Positions 17,814-25,956 of a DNA stretch of 36,571 nt are shown in pieces; positions within the stretch are counted from its first letter, which is position 1, and every line of letters starts with the position of its first letter. This DNA comes from an uncultured Bryobacterales bacterium (lineage in GTDB: Bacteria; Acidobacteriota; Terriglobia; Bryobacterales; UBA6623), in contig CAZYOX010000002.1 in the NCBI GenBank assembly GCA_964649285.1, positions 1 through 36,571 of the forward strand. The letters are read 5' to 3'. The notes beneath the pieces were generated by a model. It did no database searches. It was not told the origin of the DNA and saw only the letters and a program-made list of their open reading frames with translations. The translations under genes and the position numbers were made by a program.

Positions 17814-19010
17814 ATGCGCTTTGGAATGTTGAGTCGCCTTGCCACTGGGTTCGTCCTCGCCGTCCTCACGCTGAGCGCTCAGCAGCCCCCCGTTCCGGAA
17901 TTCGTGCCGGTTCCTGCCGGGGAATTCTCCATGGGTTCCGCCGAGGGAGCGGCCTGGGAACGTCCCCCGCACGCTGTTGAGACGCCCGCCTTCGAAATTT
18001 CCGCCCGTCCGGTGTCCAATCGGGAGTTTCAAGCCTTTCGGCCGGAGCATCGTAGCCCGGGAGACGAGAGTCCCGACGCCCCCGTCACCGGCGTTACCTT
18101 CAGCGATGCGGAAGCGTATAGCCGCTGGCTCCAAGAGCAACTGGGAACAGAAATTGTCCTGCCCAGCGAAGCGCGCTGGGAGCGCGCCGTGCGCGGCGGT
18201 CTCGACCAACAGACCTACCCGTGGGGCAATGCGTCCAGGCCAGCTGATCTCGCCTCTTTCCGGCCAAACGGATACGGCGTTTATGCCGTCGCCTATAACT
18301 TGTGGGAGTGGACATCGGATTGGTACTCGTCTGACTATTTTTCGCAATCGCCGCGAGAGGATCCTGGCGGGCCGCCGTCGGGCGATTTTAGAGTCTTGCG
18401 CGGCGGCGGCTTCCGTAGTGATCCGGCCAGCGCGACCTGTTACAGCCGCGGCAGCGCGCGCCCGTTGACTTCATCGCCCTATGTCACTTTTCGTGTCATG
18501 AAGCCGGGCTCCGATCCGGTGCAGCGGCTGTCCGAGGTCTCCGCTGCGCCTTCCCCTGCGGTTGCTTCCCCGGCTCCTGTTACTCCTCCGCCTGTTTCGC
18601 CCGCTCCAGCAGTTTCCGCCGCTCCGGCGGCGCCTCCCCCAGCGCCCAGCCCGAGCGTGGCGCCCGCTCTACCGCCTGCTGCAGTCCTAAGCGTCACCAC
18701 GGTCAGCTTCGAACAAGTGGGCGATGAACTGCAGGTTCATCTCACCACGACAGGGAAGCCGGCTTATCGCGCCTTCGCAATGACTGCGCCGGATCGCGTG
18801 GTTGTCGACTTGGAAGGGGTCATGCAGAAAATTTCCAGCGGATCCGGTTCCGTGCCCGTTCAGCAAAGCGGCGTGAAGCAAGTCCGTTATTCACAGTTCC
18901 AGCCTGACCCGCCCGTCACTCGCGTCGTCGTTGATCTCGATCACCCCCTCGAGCACCAGGTCGAAGCGAGCGACGATCATGTCCTGATCCGGCTGAGCGC
19001 GGCCAATTGA
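17814..19010 (+). CDS. Periplasmic FGE-sulfatase (SUMF1/EgtB/PvdO) family domain fused via a Pro/Ala-rich linker to a C-terminal AMIN domain
   Basis: It starts with a signal peptide (MRFGMLSRLATGFVLAVLTLSAQ). FGE-type motifs follow: FVPVPAGEFSMGS, YPWG, NLWEWTSDWY, RVLRGGGF. A Pro/Ala low-complexity linker lies at about 18531-18680. The C-terminal AMIN pattern is PDRVVVDLEGV...VKQVRYSQF...TRVVVDLD. Confidence 0.8.
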   Translation: MRFGMLSRLATGFVLAVLTLSAQQPPVPEFVPVPAGEFSMGSAEGAAWERPPHAVETPAFEISARPVSNREFQAFRPEHRSPGDESPDAPVTGVTFSDAEAYSRWLQEQLGTEIVLPSEARWERAVRGGLDQQTYPWGNASRPADLASFRPNGYGVYAVAYNLWEWTSDWYSSDYFSQSPREDPGGPPSGDFRVLRGGGFRSDPASATCYSRGSARPLTSSPYVTFRVMKPGSDPVQRLSEVSAAPSPAVASPAPVTPPPVSPAPAVSAAPAAPPPAPSPSVAPALPPAAVLSVTTVSFEQVGDELQVHLTTTGKPAYRAFAMTAPDRVVVDLEGVMQKISSGSGSVPVQQSGVKQVRYSQFQPDPPVTRVVVDLDHPLEHQVEASDDHVLIRLSAAN

Positions 19011-20008
19011 GGACGGGCGTGACCGTCTCATTAGTGTTCGAGCGCATCGAGCTCCCACGCTCCGGCGTAGGCTTGTCGAACCGCTTGGTTATGGCTCCCA
19101 TGCCGACCTTCGCGGCGCACCCTGACGGCTCAGCAGGTGCAGAAGAACTGGCCTACTACGCGCGCCGCGCGCCCGGTCTCGGGGCAGTGATCACCGCGGG
19201 CTGCTCCGTCTCCCTGGACGGCCTTTGCTTCGACGGCCAATGGCGTTGCGACAGTGATAGGTTGATACCCTCTCTGCAATCCGTCGCGGGCGCGATCGCC
19301 GCGCACTCGTTCCCCGTGCTGCAGTTGTGTCATGGCGGTTCCTATTCCCATCCCCTCGATTTGGCCGCCGTTGTTCGCGATTTCGAGCAGGGCGCACGCC
19401 GCGCCAAGGAAGCCGGGTTCTTGGCTGTCGAGATTCATGGCGGGCATCGCTACCTGCTGCACCAATACTTCTCCCGGCGCAATACGCAGTCTTCCATCGC
19501 CGAGCGCGGTCGCCTGCCGTTGGCCATCGTTGAGGCCTGCGTCCGGCATTTACCCTGCTGGTATCGCCTGGACCCGGAAGAGCCAGGGCCAGAAGGCATC
19601 TCCTTCCCCGAGACGATGGAGTTGGCCCACCGCCTGGATGAGAAGGGCGTTGAGGTCTTTGACGTTTCAGCCAAACGCTACCAACAAGGGTCGGTGATCG
19701 ACGTTGACGACCAACGTCCGCGCGCTGCCCTCCTTGCCGCAGCCCTTTCGGGTAGAGCACGGGTCCTGGGCGTCGGGGGCATCGAGACTCCCAGCCAAGC
19801 AGCGGCCGTGCTTTCCGACGGCTGTGCTCTAGTCGGGCTCGGCTCAGTGCTCTTGGCCAATCCTGACTGGCCGCGCGATGCGCGTGAGGGTCGCGCCTTC
19901 GGCGATCCAAGCGAAAAGCCTTCGAGTGATACCCTGATGAGCTTGGCCGTGCCCACGCCTGTGATTCGTTACCTGGCCAAACGCGGCCGCCTGAGTGATG
20001 CCAACTAA
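19007..20008 (+). CDS. Short Old-Yellow-Enzyme-like NADH:flavin oxidoreductase TIM-barrel protein
   Basis: It has FERIEL..G..LSNRLVMAPM, LQLCHGG, EIHGGHRYLLHQYFS and GVGGIETPSQAAAVL..LVGLGSVLLANPDWP. The start is ambiguous: TTG 19007 (TTGA overlap), GTG 19019 or GTG 19034. Confidence 0.7.
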   Translation: MRTGVTVSLVFERIELPRSGVGLSNRLVMAPMPTFAAHPDGSAGAEELAYYARRAPGLGAVITAGCSVSLDGLCFDGQWRCDSDRLIPSLQSVAGAIAAHSFPVLQLCHGGSYSHPLDLAAVVRDFEQGARRAKEAGFLAVEIHGGHRYLLHQYFSRRNTQSSIAERGRLPLAIVEACVRHLPCWYRLDPEEPGPEGISFPETMELAHRLDEKGVEVFDVSAKRYQQGSVIDVDDQRPRAALLAAALSGRARVLGVGGIETPSQAAAVLSDGCALVGLGSVLLANPDWPRDAREGRAFGDPSEKPSSDTLMSLAVPTPVIRYLAKRGRLSDAN

Positions 20009-20660
20009 CCCGGTTGCGGACCCTCTTCTCGACGCCCTGTGGGATCGCGGATTGATTCTCATTGGCGATCGCGTCCGGCAAGAGTATGCGCTGAACACGC
20101 CGCTCTTCGTCGATCTGCGGCACAAGCTCTATGACGATCTCGATCTGCTCGACGCCATCGGCGCGGCCATAGTCGACAAGATCGCGGCACTGGCGGCAGG
20201 GTCGGATGCTCCTCAGCAGGTGATCGGCATTCCCGACACGGCCACTCCCCTCGCCTTGGCCGCCGCGTCCGCCTCGCGCCGCGGCCCGACGAAGCTGTTC
20301 TACGGGCAATTGCGCAAGGAGCCGGCACGCTACCCGGGCGGCCGTTCCGGCGTCAACGCCTACATGGGCGTTGTGGACCCCGCCCGAGAGATCACCCTGA
20401 TAGACGATGTGATGGCCTCAGGAAAGACCAAACTGCACTCGATCGAACAGCTCGGCCAATCCGGACTGAGGGTTGCTCGGATTCTCGTCGTCGTCGACCG
20501 CGAACAGGGCGGGGCGGAGATTCTCGAAAAGCGAGGCTACCCGGTGCACTCGCTCTATAAGGCGTCTAAGCTCATTGACTACTTCCTCGCGTCCGGCCGC
20601 ATCACTCCGGACGAAGGGCGCGCGGCGCTGGAGTTTCTCCACCGCAAGCAGTATTCCTAA
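19998..20660 (+). CDS. Type I phosphoribosyltransferase, orotate-PRTase-like (divergent PyrE family)
   Basis: The PRPP-binding motif is ITLIDDVMASGKT. It also has an LRKE flexible-loop remnant and an FVDLR motif, with a layout like eukaryote/archaeal-type OPRTases. ATG 19998 overlaps the upstream gene end by 11 nt. Confidence 0.65.
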   Translation: MPTNPVADPLLDALWDRGLILIGDRVRQEYALNTPLFVDLRHKLYDDLDLLDAIGAAIVDKIAALAAGSDAPQQVIGIPDTATPLALAAASASRRGPTKLFYGQLRKEPARYPGGRSGVNAYMGVVDPAREITLIDDVMASGKTKLHSIEQLGQSGLRVARILVVVDREQGGAEILEKRGYPVHSLYKASKLIDYFLASGRITPDEGRAALEFLHRKQYS

Positions 20661-20693
20661 CTTGGGCGTCCGCCATCGCTAGACTGGGAGTTC

Positions 20694-22448
20694 ATGTCGT
20701 TTGAACTCCATGATGACGCCGAGGTCCGGGATCTGGCCCATCTTCTGGACCCCAGCACTTCCGAAGAACGCCGTTGCATCATCTTGTCGGGCAGCCCGGA
20801 CGGAGCCAGGGAATCCCTGCTCGACGCAGCAGTCCGGAGTCTCCGCGGCAGCGGCCGATCCGTGCTCTATTCGCGTATCGACCTCGACGGATTCGAGCCC
20901 GACGTTGTCTCGCCCCAGGCCTACGCGACTTACCTCGGCTCAAAGCTGCATGCCGGCCAAACCGACCAAGCGGCCGAGGCTCTGGCCGCGCGGCTTTCCG
21001 CCGAGACGGCTCTCCGCGCCGAACAACTCGCCATGCTCGCCCTGGTAGCGGGACGCGACGATCAATCCGACGCACTGATCGCCCGCGCTGACGAGGCGTT
21101 GGAGCCGGAGGGCGTTCGTTGGGAGAAGCTCGTTCCTAACCCCGAGCAAGCCGTCGTGCTGCATTTCGACGACTCCTCTCAACTGCCGGCTGTATTGCGC
21201 GCGGCGGCGGGCGCTCTCGATATTCCTGGCTTGACCATCGCCATTTCTTGCTATACGGCGCAGGACTCCAAGCGCATCGTCGGCCTTCGCACTGCCGCCC
21301 GTTTCGAGATGATGCCGATGGATCAAGGCGAGGTGCGTTCTTGGCTCAGCGTCCAAGCGAACGAAACCGCCGCGGAGAACGCGGCGGCGTTCACCGACGC
21401 TTGCCGCGGTTCGCGCGGAGTGTTGGGCCTTCTTGCATCCGAAGGCGATTGGAGTGCGCCGCTCACGCCGCAGCAGGCTCTGGATCGGCTCGTCGCTTCT
21501 TGCGATGAAGATCGCCAGAAGACGCTGCGCGCCTTTCTTGTGCATGCAGCTCTGTGCGGCGAGAACGTGCCGGTGCGGACGATTCTGGAATACCTAGGCG
21601 TTGAGCCCGAGCACCTTGACGATTGGACCGATCTCATCGACGAGACGGTTGGCGAAGATTCTCCAGCGCGGCTATTTGGCAGCCGATTCCAGCACCCTGG
21701 TTTCGTGAGCGAGAGCGTCTACGGATTCCGGGAACCTGCCTGGAGGGAACGCTTGCGTCTGGCGACGCCCGACGATTCGCGGCGCCGCGTGGCGCAGCAG
21801 TTTGCCGCTTGGCTCTTCCAAAACCGTCCCACAACGACGCGCGCCGCGGCCCGACTTTTGATCGAACTGTGTTACTTGGGCGGCATCGACGGCGACCGGC
21901 AAGCGCTAGAGCGCGAATTGGCTTGGTGGGCCGGTAACGCCGACCTCGACGCCTTGCGTGCATTGCTCATCGCAGAGCGCTGCCCTCTCAGTGACATTTG
22001 GACCGCGGTGAACGCGGTGCAAATGCACTGGCCGCCCCAACGCGTGTTGGCCTTGCTCGACGTCGCGCAACAGCTTGGCGTGGACAAACAAACGCAGAGC
22101 GCGCTGTACACGATTCGCGCCGGCCTATTTATCAAGCTGCAGCGTTTTGAAGAGGCTCATGAGTCGACCGAGCGCGCGCTGGCTGCCGCGGGCGTCGAGC
22201 CCTTGCTTGAGAGCGTCTTGCTAGAGCAGCGCGGCAGCGCTCGCCGCGCTCTCGGGCGCAACGCCGAAGCTTTTGCCGACTTCGAGCGGTGCCGTGCGCT
22301 GCGTCTCCAATTGCTGGCAGCCGGCGATGACCGCGTCGTCCCCCTGTTGCAGCGCAGCCTTGAGTTGCTGCGGCAAGCGGGTCGAACAGAAGAAACGGCT
22401 GTCGTTGAGAAGGCTCTTGCCGACCACGCCGCGCGGACGCTTGCCTAA
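20694..22448 (+). CDS. Hypothetical protein: STAND/AAA_16-like N-terminal region with a degenerate Walker A, and a C-terminal TPR-like helical region
   Basis: The long ORF has protein-like composition. CIILSGSPDGARESLL sits where GxxGxGK[ST] is expected, VVLHFDD resembles Walker B, and the C-terminus is helical-repeat-like. No family was recognised with certainty. Confidence 0.55.
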   Translation: MSFELHDDAEVRDLAHLLDPSTSEERRCIILSGSPDGARESLLDAAVRSLRGSGRSVLYSRIDLDGFEPDVVSPQAYATYLGSKLHAGQTDQAAEALAARLSAETALRAEQLAMLALVAGRDDQSDALIARADEALEPEGVRWEKLVPNPEQAVVLHFDDSSQLPAVLRAAAGALDIPGLTIAISCYTAQDSKRIVGLRTAARFEMMPMDQGEVRSWLSVQANETAAENAAAFTDACRGSRGVLGLLASEGDWSAPLTPQQALDRLVASCDEDRQKTLRAFLVHAALCGENVPVRTILEYLGVEPEHLDDWTDLIDETVGEDSPARLFGSRFQHPGFVSESVYGFREPAWRERLRLATPDDSRRRVAQQFAAWLFQNRPTTTRAAARLLIELCYLGGIDGDRQALERELAWWAGNADLDALRALLIAERCPLSDIWTAVNAVQMHWPPQRVLALLDVAQQLGVDKQTQSALYTIRAGLFIKLQRFEEAHESTERALAAAGVEPLLESVLLEQRGSARRALGRNAEAFADFERCRALRLQLLAAGDDRVVPLLQRSLELLRQAGRTEETAVVEKALADHAARTLA

Positions 22449-23008
22449 GGCTCTACGTCCGCCGGCCGGCTCGGGTCCTGCAGGTAGCGGTAAAAGCCCA
22501 TATCCTCGCCGCTCACGTTCTTGGCGATCCAAATGATTTGGCCGGTATGCCCTGAAAAGTGCTCGACGCAGTGATAGATGGCCTGCATCAGGGTCACCTC
22601 GAAGACTTGAATCGGGCGCTTCTCCAGCAAATCAAGCTTCTCTGCCTTCGCCAGCACGGCATCGGCTTCGTCGAGCGTCTCCCGTAGCCGCGCCAGCAGC
22701 TTCGCCGGGCCAATCGATTCTCGTTGGGCGAATTCCGAATCCCGGTCGCGGCTATCGGCGACTCCGCCCACGCCAGAGATGACCCACTGCCGAACGTTCC
22801 CCGCGAGGTGCAGCAGCAAATTACCGACGGAGTTTTCCTGCTCGTGCTTGCGGGCCCAGACCTGCTCCGGAGTGAGCTTGGCTACCGCCTTTTCGATCTT
22901 CCGCAGATTGCTTTGGAATTCGCGCCGCGAAATGCGCAGGAACTCGTGATTCAATGCCGCTTCTGTCGCCATGAGTAACAGCTTAGCGTCTACGCTGTTT
23001 ATTTCCAC
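22445..23008 (-). CDS. DinB-superfamily (DUF1572-like) four-helix-bundle protein
   Basis: It has NSVGNLLLHLAGNVRQW and HCVEHFSGHTGQI (a His-containing metal triad pattern of DinB-like proteins). The start is GTG 23008 or ATG 22972. Confidence 0.75.
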   Translation of the reverse strand: MEINSVDAKLLLMATEAALNHEFLRISRREFQSNLRKIEKAVAKLTPEQVWARKHEQENSVGNLLLHLAGNVRQWVISGVGGVADSRDRDSEFAQRESIGPAKLLARLRETLDEADAVLAKAEKLDLLEKRPIQVFEVTLMQAIYHCVEHFSGHTGQIIWIAKNVSGEDMGFYRYLQDPSRPADVEP

Positions 23009-23086
23009 ACGCCTTGGGACTCACGCGGAGCTATGCTCATGTCTGCGCCCTCCCCGCCGGGACGCGCGCCGATTACACGATACATC

Positions 23087-24175
23087 ATGAGATCCACTCG
23101 CTTTTCCCTATCTGTTGGGCTGTTGGCCCTGGCTGCGTTCCCCTCGCCTGTCCTCGTGGCTCAAGGCATTCCCGGACCGCTGAGCGTGCCCGCGCCCGGT
23201 CCCCAAACCGGCAGCGCTTATGCGCCAACCGCGATCTTGCCTGGCGGCATCGTCATGCCGCTCTATCCGCCGGACTCGCCCTACCTCAACCGCGAGCGCA
23301 TCACCGAGCCAGAGAAGTACAACATGACGACCGGTACGCCCGGACGTATCCAGAGCATCGTCAATATCCACAATCCGTCCATTGAGGTGCATACCGTCGG
23401 CGGCAACAGGAATACCGGCTCTGCCGTGATCTTGGCGGCGGGCGGAGGACACAGGACTTTGAACGTCGGCACGGAGAGCGCTGATTTCTGGCCATTCTTT
23501 TACAACTTGGGCGTTAACGTGATCATCTTGCGCAATCGCCTGCGCAGCGACGGTTACGAGCCGACCACCGATGCGGTGCGTGACGCGCTGCAGGCCGTCC
23601 GGTTGGTTCGCAAGAATGCCCAGGCCTTCGGCATCGACCCGAACAAGATCGGCATCATGGGTTTCTCCGCCGGCGCCGAACTATCGTCGCCCGCGGCAGT
23701 CTTCTTCAAGAAGTTCGACGAAGAAAACAACGACCCCAGCGATCCTCTAGCCGGCGTCAGTTCGCGCCCCGATTGGGCCGGCGTCATCTACCCTGGCCCG
23801 ACGCCGTTCGCTCGCGGCCAAAACCCGGAGATTCCGCGGAATGTGCCGCCGTCGTTTATCGCCACTTCCGGCTCTGGGGACCAGATCCACGCAATTTGGG
23901 CCATGGAGTACTTCAACGCGATGCTGAAACTAGGCGTTCCGAACATCGAGATGCACATCTACGGCAACGGCCCGCACGCCGGCGGACTCACCGACCGCAA
24001 CGGAACGCCATTCGGCACCTGGCATCTGCGTTTTATCGATTGGTTCCGCGATCTTGGTTTCCTACAGCCGCCAGGCGTCGTCACCAAGGCGGCGAAAGAT
24101 TCCGAGGCCTTCGTCAACGCGCCGCCCCGAGCGCCGCGCGGCCAGGGCCGCCGCAGTCCTGGAGGCGGAGGGTAA
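23087..24175 (+). CDS. Secreted alpha/beta hydrolase (esterase/lipase-like)
   Basis: It has a signal peptide (MRSTRFSLSVGLLALAAFPSPVLVAQG) and the nucleophile elbow GFSAGAE (GxSxG). A later D and an H (GNGPHAGG) are consistent with a catalytic triad. Confidence 0.75.
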   Translation: MRSTRFSLSVGLLALAAFPSPVLVAQGIPGPLSVPAPGPQTGSAYAPTAILPGGIVMPLYPPDSPYLNRERITEPEKYNMTTGTPGRIQSIVNIHNPSIEVHTVGGNRNTGSAVILAAGGGHRTLNVGTESADFWPFFYNLGVNVIILRNRLRSDGYEPTTDAVRDALQAVRLVRKNAQAFGIDPNKIGIMGFSAGAELSSPAAVFFKKFDEENNDPSDPLAGVSSRPDWAGVIYPGPTPFARGQNPEIPRNVPPSFIATSGSGDQIHAIWAMEYFNAMLKLGVPNIEMHIYGNGPHAGGLTDRNGTPFGTWHLRFIDWFRDLGFLQPPGVVTKAAKDSEAFVNAPPRAPRGQGRRSPGGGG

Positions 24176-24263
24176 GGCCGTCCTCCGGCGGCGCCTGGCG
24201 ACTAGCGGAAACAAGGAACACGGCAAGCACCCGCTGAGTTCGCCCTTGCTAGCATGAAAGCTC

Positions 24264-24779
24264 ATGGACTTGAAGGGCAAACGCATCGCCGTTCTCACCG
24301 AAGAGAAGTACGAAGACCTCGAGCTTTGGTACCCCGTGCTGCGCCTTAAAGAAGCCAGCGCCGAGGTCGTGCTAGTCGGCTCCAAGGCCGACCACGTCTA
24401 CTCCAGCAAGCACGGTTACCCGGCCAAGTCCGAGCGCGCCGTCGGGGACATTAAGTCCGAGGATTTCGACGGCTGCGTCGTGCCTGGCGGGTTCTCTCCC
24501 GACTATATGCGCCGCGACCCGGCCTTCCGTGAATTCGTCCGCGAAATGGTCGACGAAGGCAAGCCCGTCGCGGCCATCTGCCACGGCCCCTGGATGCTCT
24601 GTTCGGCCAAGGTCTTGCAAGGCCGCCGTGCGACGTCCTTTTTCTCGATCCGTGATGACATGGAAAACGCGGGCGCCAAGTGGGTCGATGAAGAGGTGGT
24701 CGTGGACGGCCCGATCATCACTTCGCGATCACCGAAGGACCTGATCCCTTTTACTCTCGCCTTCATGAAAGCGCTATAG
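24264..24779 (+). CDS. DJ-1/PfpI family protein (type 1 glutamine amidotransferase-like, YhbO/PfpI class)
   Basis: It has KRIAVL..., VVPGGFSPD, the nucleophile-elbow AAICHGPWML and ITSRSPKDL. Confidence 0.85.
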   Translation: MDLKGKRIAVLTEEKYEDLELWYPVLRLKEASAEVVLVGSKADHVYSSKHGYPAKSERAVGDIKSEDFDGCVVPGGFSPDYMRRDPAFREFVREMVDEGKPVAAICHGPWMLCSAKVLQGRRATSFFSIRDDMENAGAKWVDEEVVVDGPIITSRSPKDLIPFTLAFMKAL

Positions 24780-24786
24780 GGGAGCG

Positions 24787-25956
24787 ATGAGGCGAGTACG
24801 ACGGCTCTACTGCTGGCTGCCGTTTGTTTGCATAGCCTCGCTCGTTCTAACGGCCGTCGGTTGTTCGGCGCAGCCCAGTGAGGTCTCGCTTGAGTTCCTG
24901 GCAGACTTTAACGTCCCCAGCGGCATTGCTTTCGCACAACTGGCCGAACCTCGGTCTCAAGTTGCTGTCACCGTTCCCGCCGAGGCTGCGACGACGCGCG
25001 CGGAATCTCTTCAACGCAAGGTGGATGGCGATTTCGGCGGCATCTCTGCGCTTGCCTACGACCCATCCTCCCGGCTGCTCTATGGGTTGTCGGATTCCAC
25101 AAACCTGCGCATTTTTGTCATGACCATCGACCTTTCGGCCCGGTCTTTGCGGGCGGCGCCCGAAACCGTCCTGCCCCTGGTCGATGCCGCTGGCGCCCCT
25201 ATCCCGATATGGACGCTCGATCCCGAAGGCTTAGCCGTCGACTCGAACGGCGAGTTGCTTGTGGCCTCGGAGGGATATGCGAATCGCGACCCGCGCGTCG
25301 ACCCAGGTATCTTCCGCTTCGGCCGCGACGGCCGTCTGCTCGGCAGTTTGCCGATGCCGTCCTACTACTTGCCGCGGGGCGAAACTGGCGTGCGGCACAA
25401 CGTAGCCTTCGAAGGCCTCAGCCTGAGTCCTGACGGCGACTCTCTGCTGGCCGCCATGGAGCGCAACTTGAAGCAGGATGATGACTGTGAGGCCGATACC
25501 GGCTGCCTCGTGCGCATCTTGCGCTACCGGAGGGAAACCGGCGGCTGGCAAGTCGTCGCGGAGTATTTTTATCGCACCGACTCCTCCATCGTCAGCAGCC
25601 TCGGCTTGGCCGAACTGCTCTGGATCAACGACGATACCGCACTTACTCTAGAGAGGGGCTTTGAGCGCCTGGATGACGGCTCGACATTGCAGACGATCCG
25701 CATTTATCAGATCACATTGCCCGATCGGCTCTCCCAAAGCGAAGGCGAAAGGCCCTTGCCCAAGCGCCTCGTACTCGACTTGGACTCGGTGAAGGATCGT
25801 TTCAGCGAAGGCTTTCGCCGCCTGGATAACTACGAAGGCCTGTCGCTCGGTCCGCAACTCCCGAATGGCGACCGTACTCTGCTGGTCATCAGCGATGACA
25901 ACTACAACAACCAGCAGCGCACGAGTCTGCTGGCCTTCCGCATCGTCGAACGTTAG
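24787..25956 (+). CDS. Esterase-like activity of phytase family protein (beta-propeller), probably a lipoprotein or secreted
   Basis: The N-terminal hydrophobic segment ends in AVGC. DPEGLAV, FEGLSLSPDG, NYEGLSL and ISDDNYN motifs are typical of the phytase-like esterase domain. Confidence 0.7.
   Translation: MRRVRRLYCWLPFVCIASLVLTAVGCSAQPSEVSLEFLADFNVPSGIAFAQLAEPRSQVAVTVPAEAATTRAESLQRKVDGDFGGISALAYDPSSRLLYGLSDSTNLRIFVMTIDLSARSLRAAPETVLPLVDAAGAPIPIWTLDPEGLAVDSNGELLVASEGYANRDPRVDPGIFRFGRDGRLLGSLPMPSYYLPRGETGVRHNVAFEGLSLSPDGDSLLAAMERNLKQDDDCEADTGCLVRILRYRRETGGWQVVAEYFYRTDSSIVSSLGLAELLWINDDTALTLERGFERLDDGSTLQTIRIYQITLPDRLSQSEGERPLPKRLVLDLDSVKDRFSEGFRRLDNYEGLSLGPQLPNGDRTLLVISDDNYNNQQRTSLLAFRIVER

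Noticed and set aside
17667-18347. The N-terminal 226-aa extension of the TPR protein ORF (16461-18347).
   Set aside because: The extension overlaps the well-supported divergent FGE/AMIN gene and is not protein-like. A GTG at 17666 gives a clean signal peptide directly followed by the TPR repeats.
18531-18680. A repetitive Pro/Ala-coding stretch as a possible tandem repeat or contingency locus.
   Set aside because: It is low-complexity but not a perfect DNA tandem repeat. It is best explained as a flexible interdomain linker in the FGE/AMIN protein.
17814-19010. Calling the FGE-family protein a genuine formylglycine-generating enzyme (sulfatase maturase).
   Set aside because: Only one Cys follows the RGGGF motif, instead of the conserved catalytic Cys pair, and there is no sulfatase gene in the window.
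19998-20660. The PRTase as an effector of a retron-like or other phage-defence system.
   Set aside because: There is no reverse transcriptase, no structured ncRNA-like repeat, no nuclease or other defence hallmark nearby, and no mobile-element context. The idea is kept only as a weak possibility within the operon finding.
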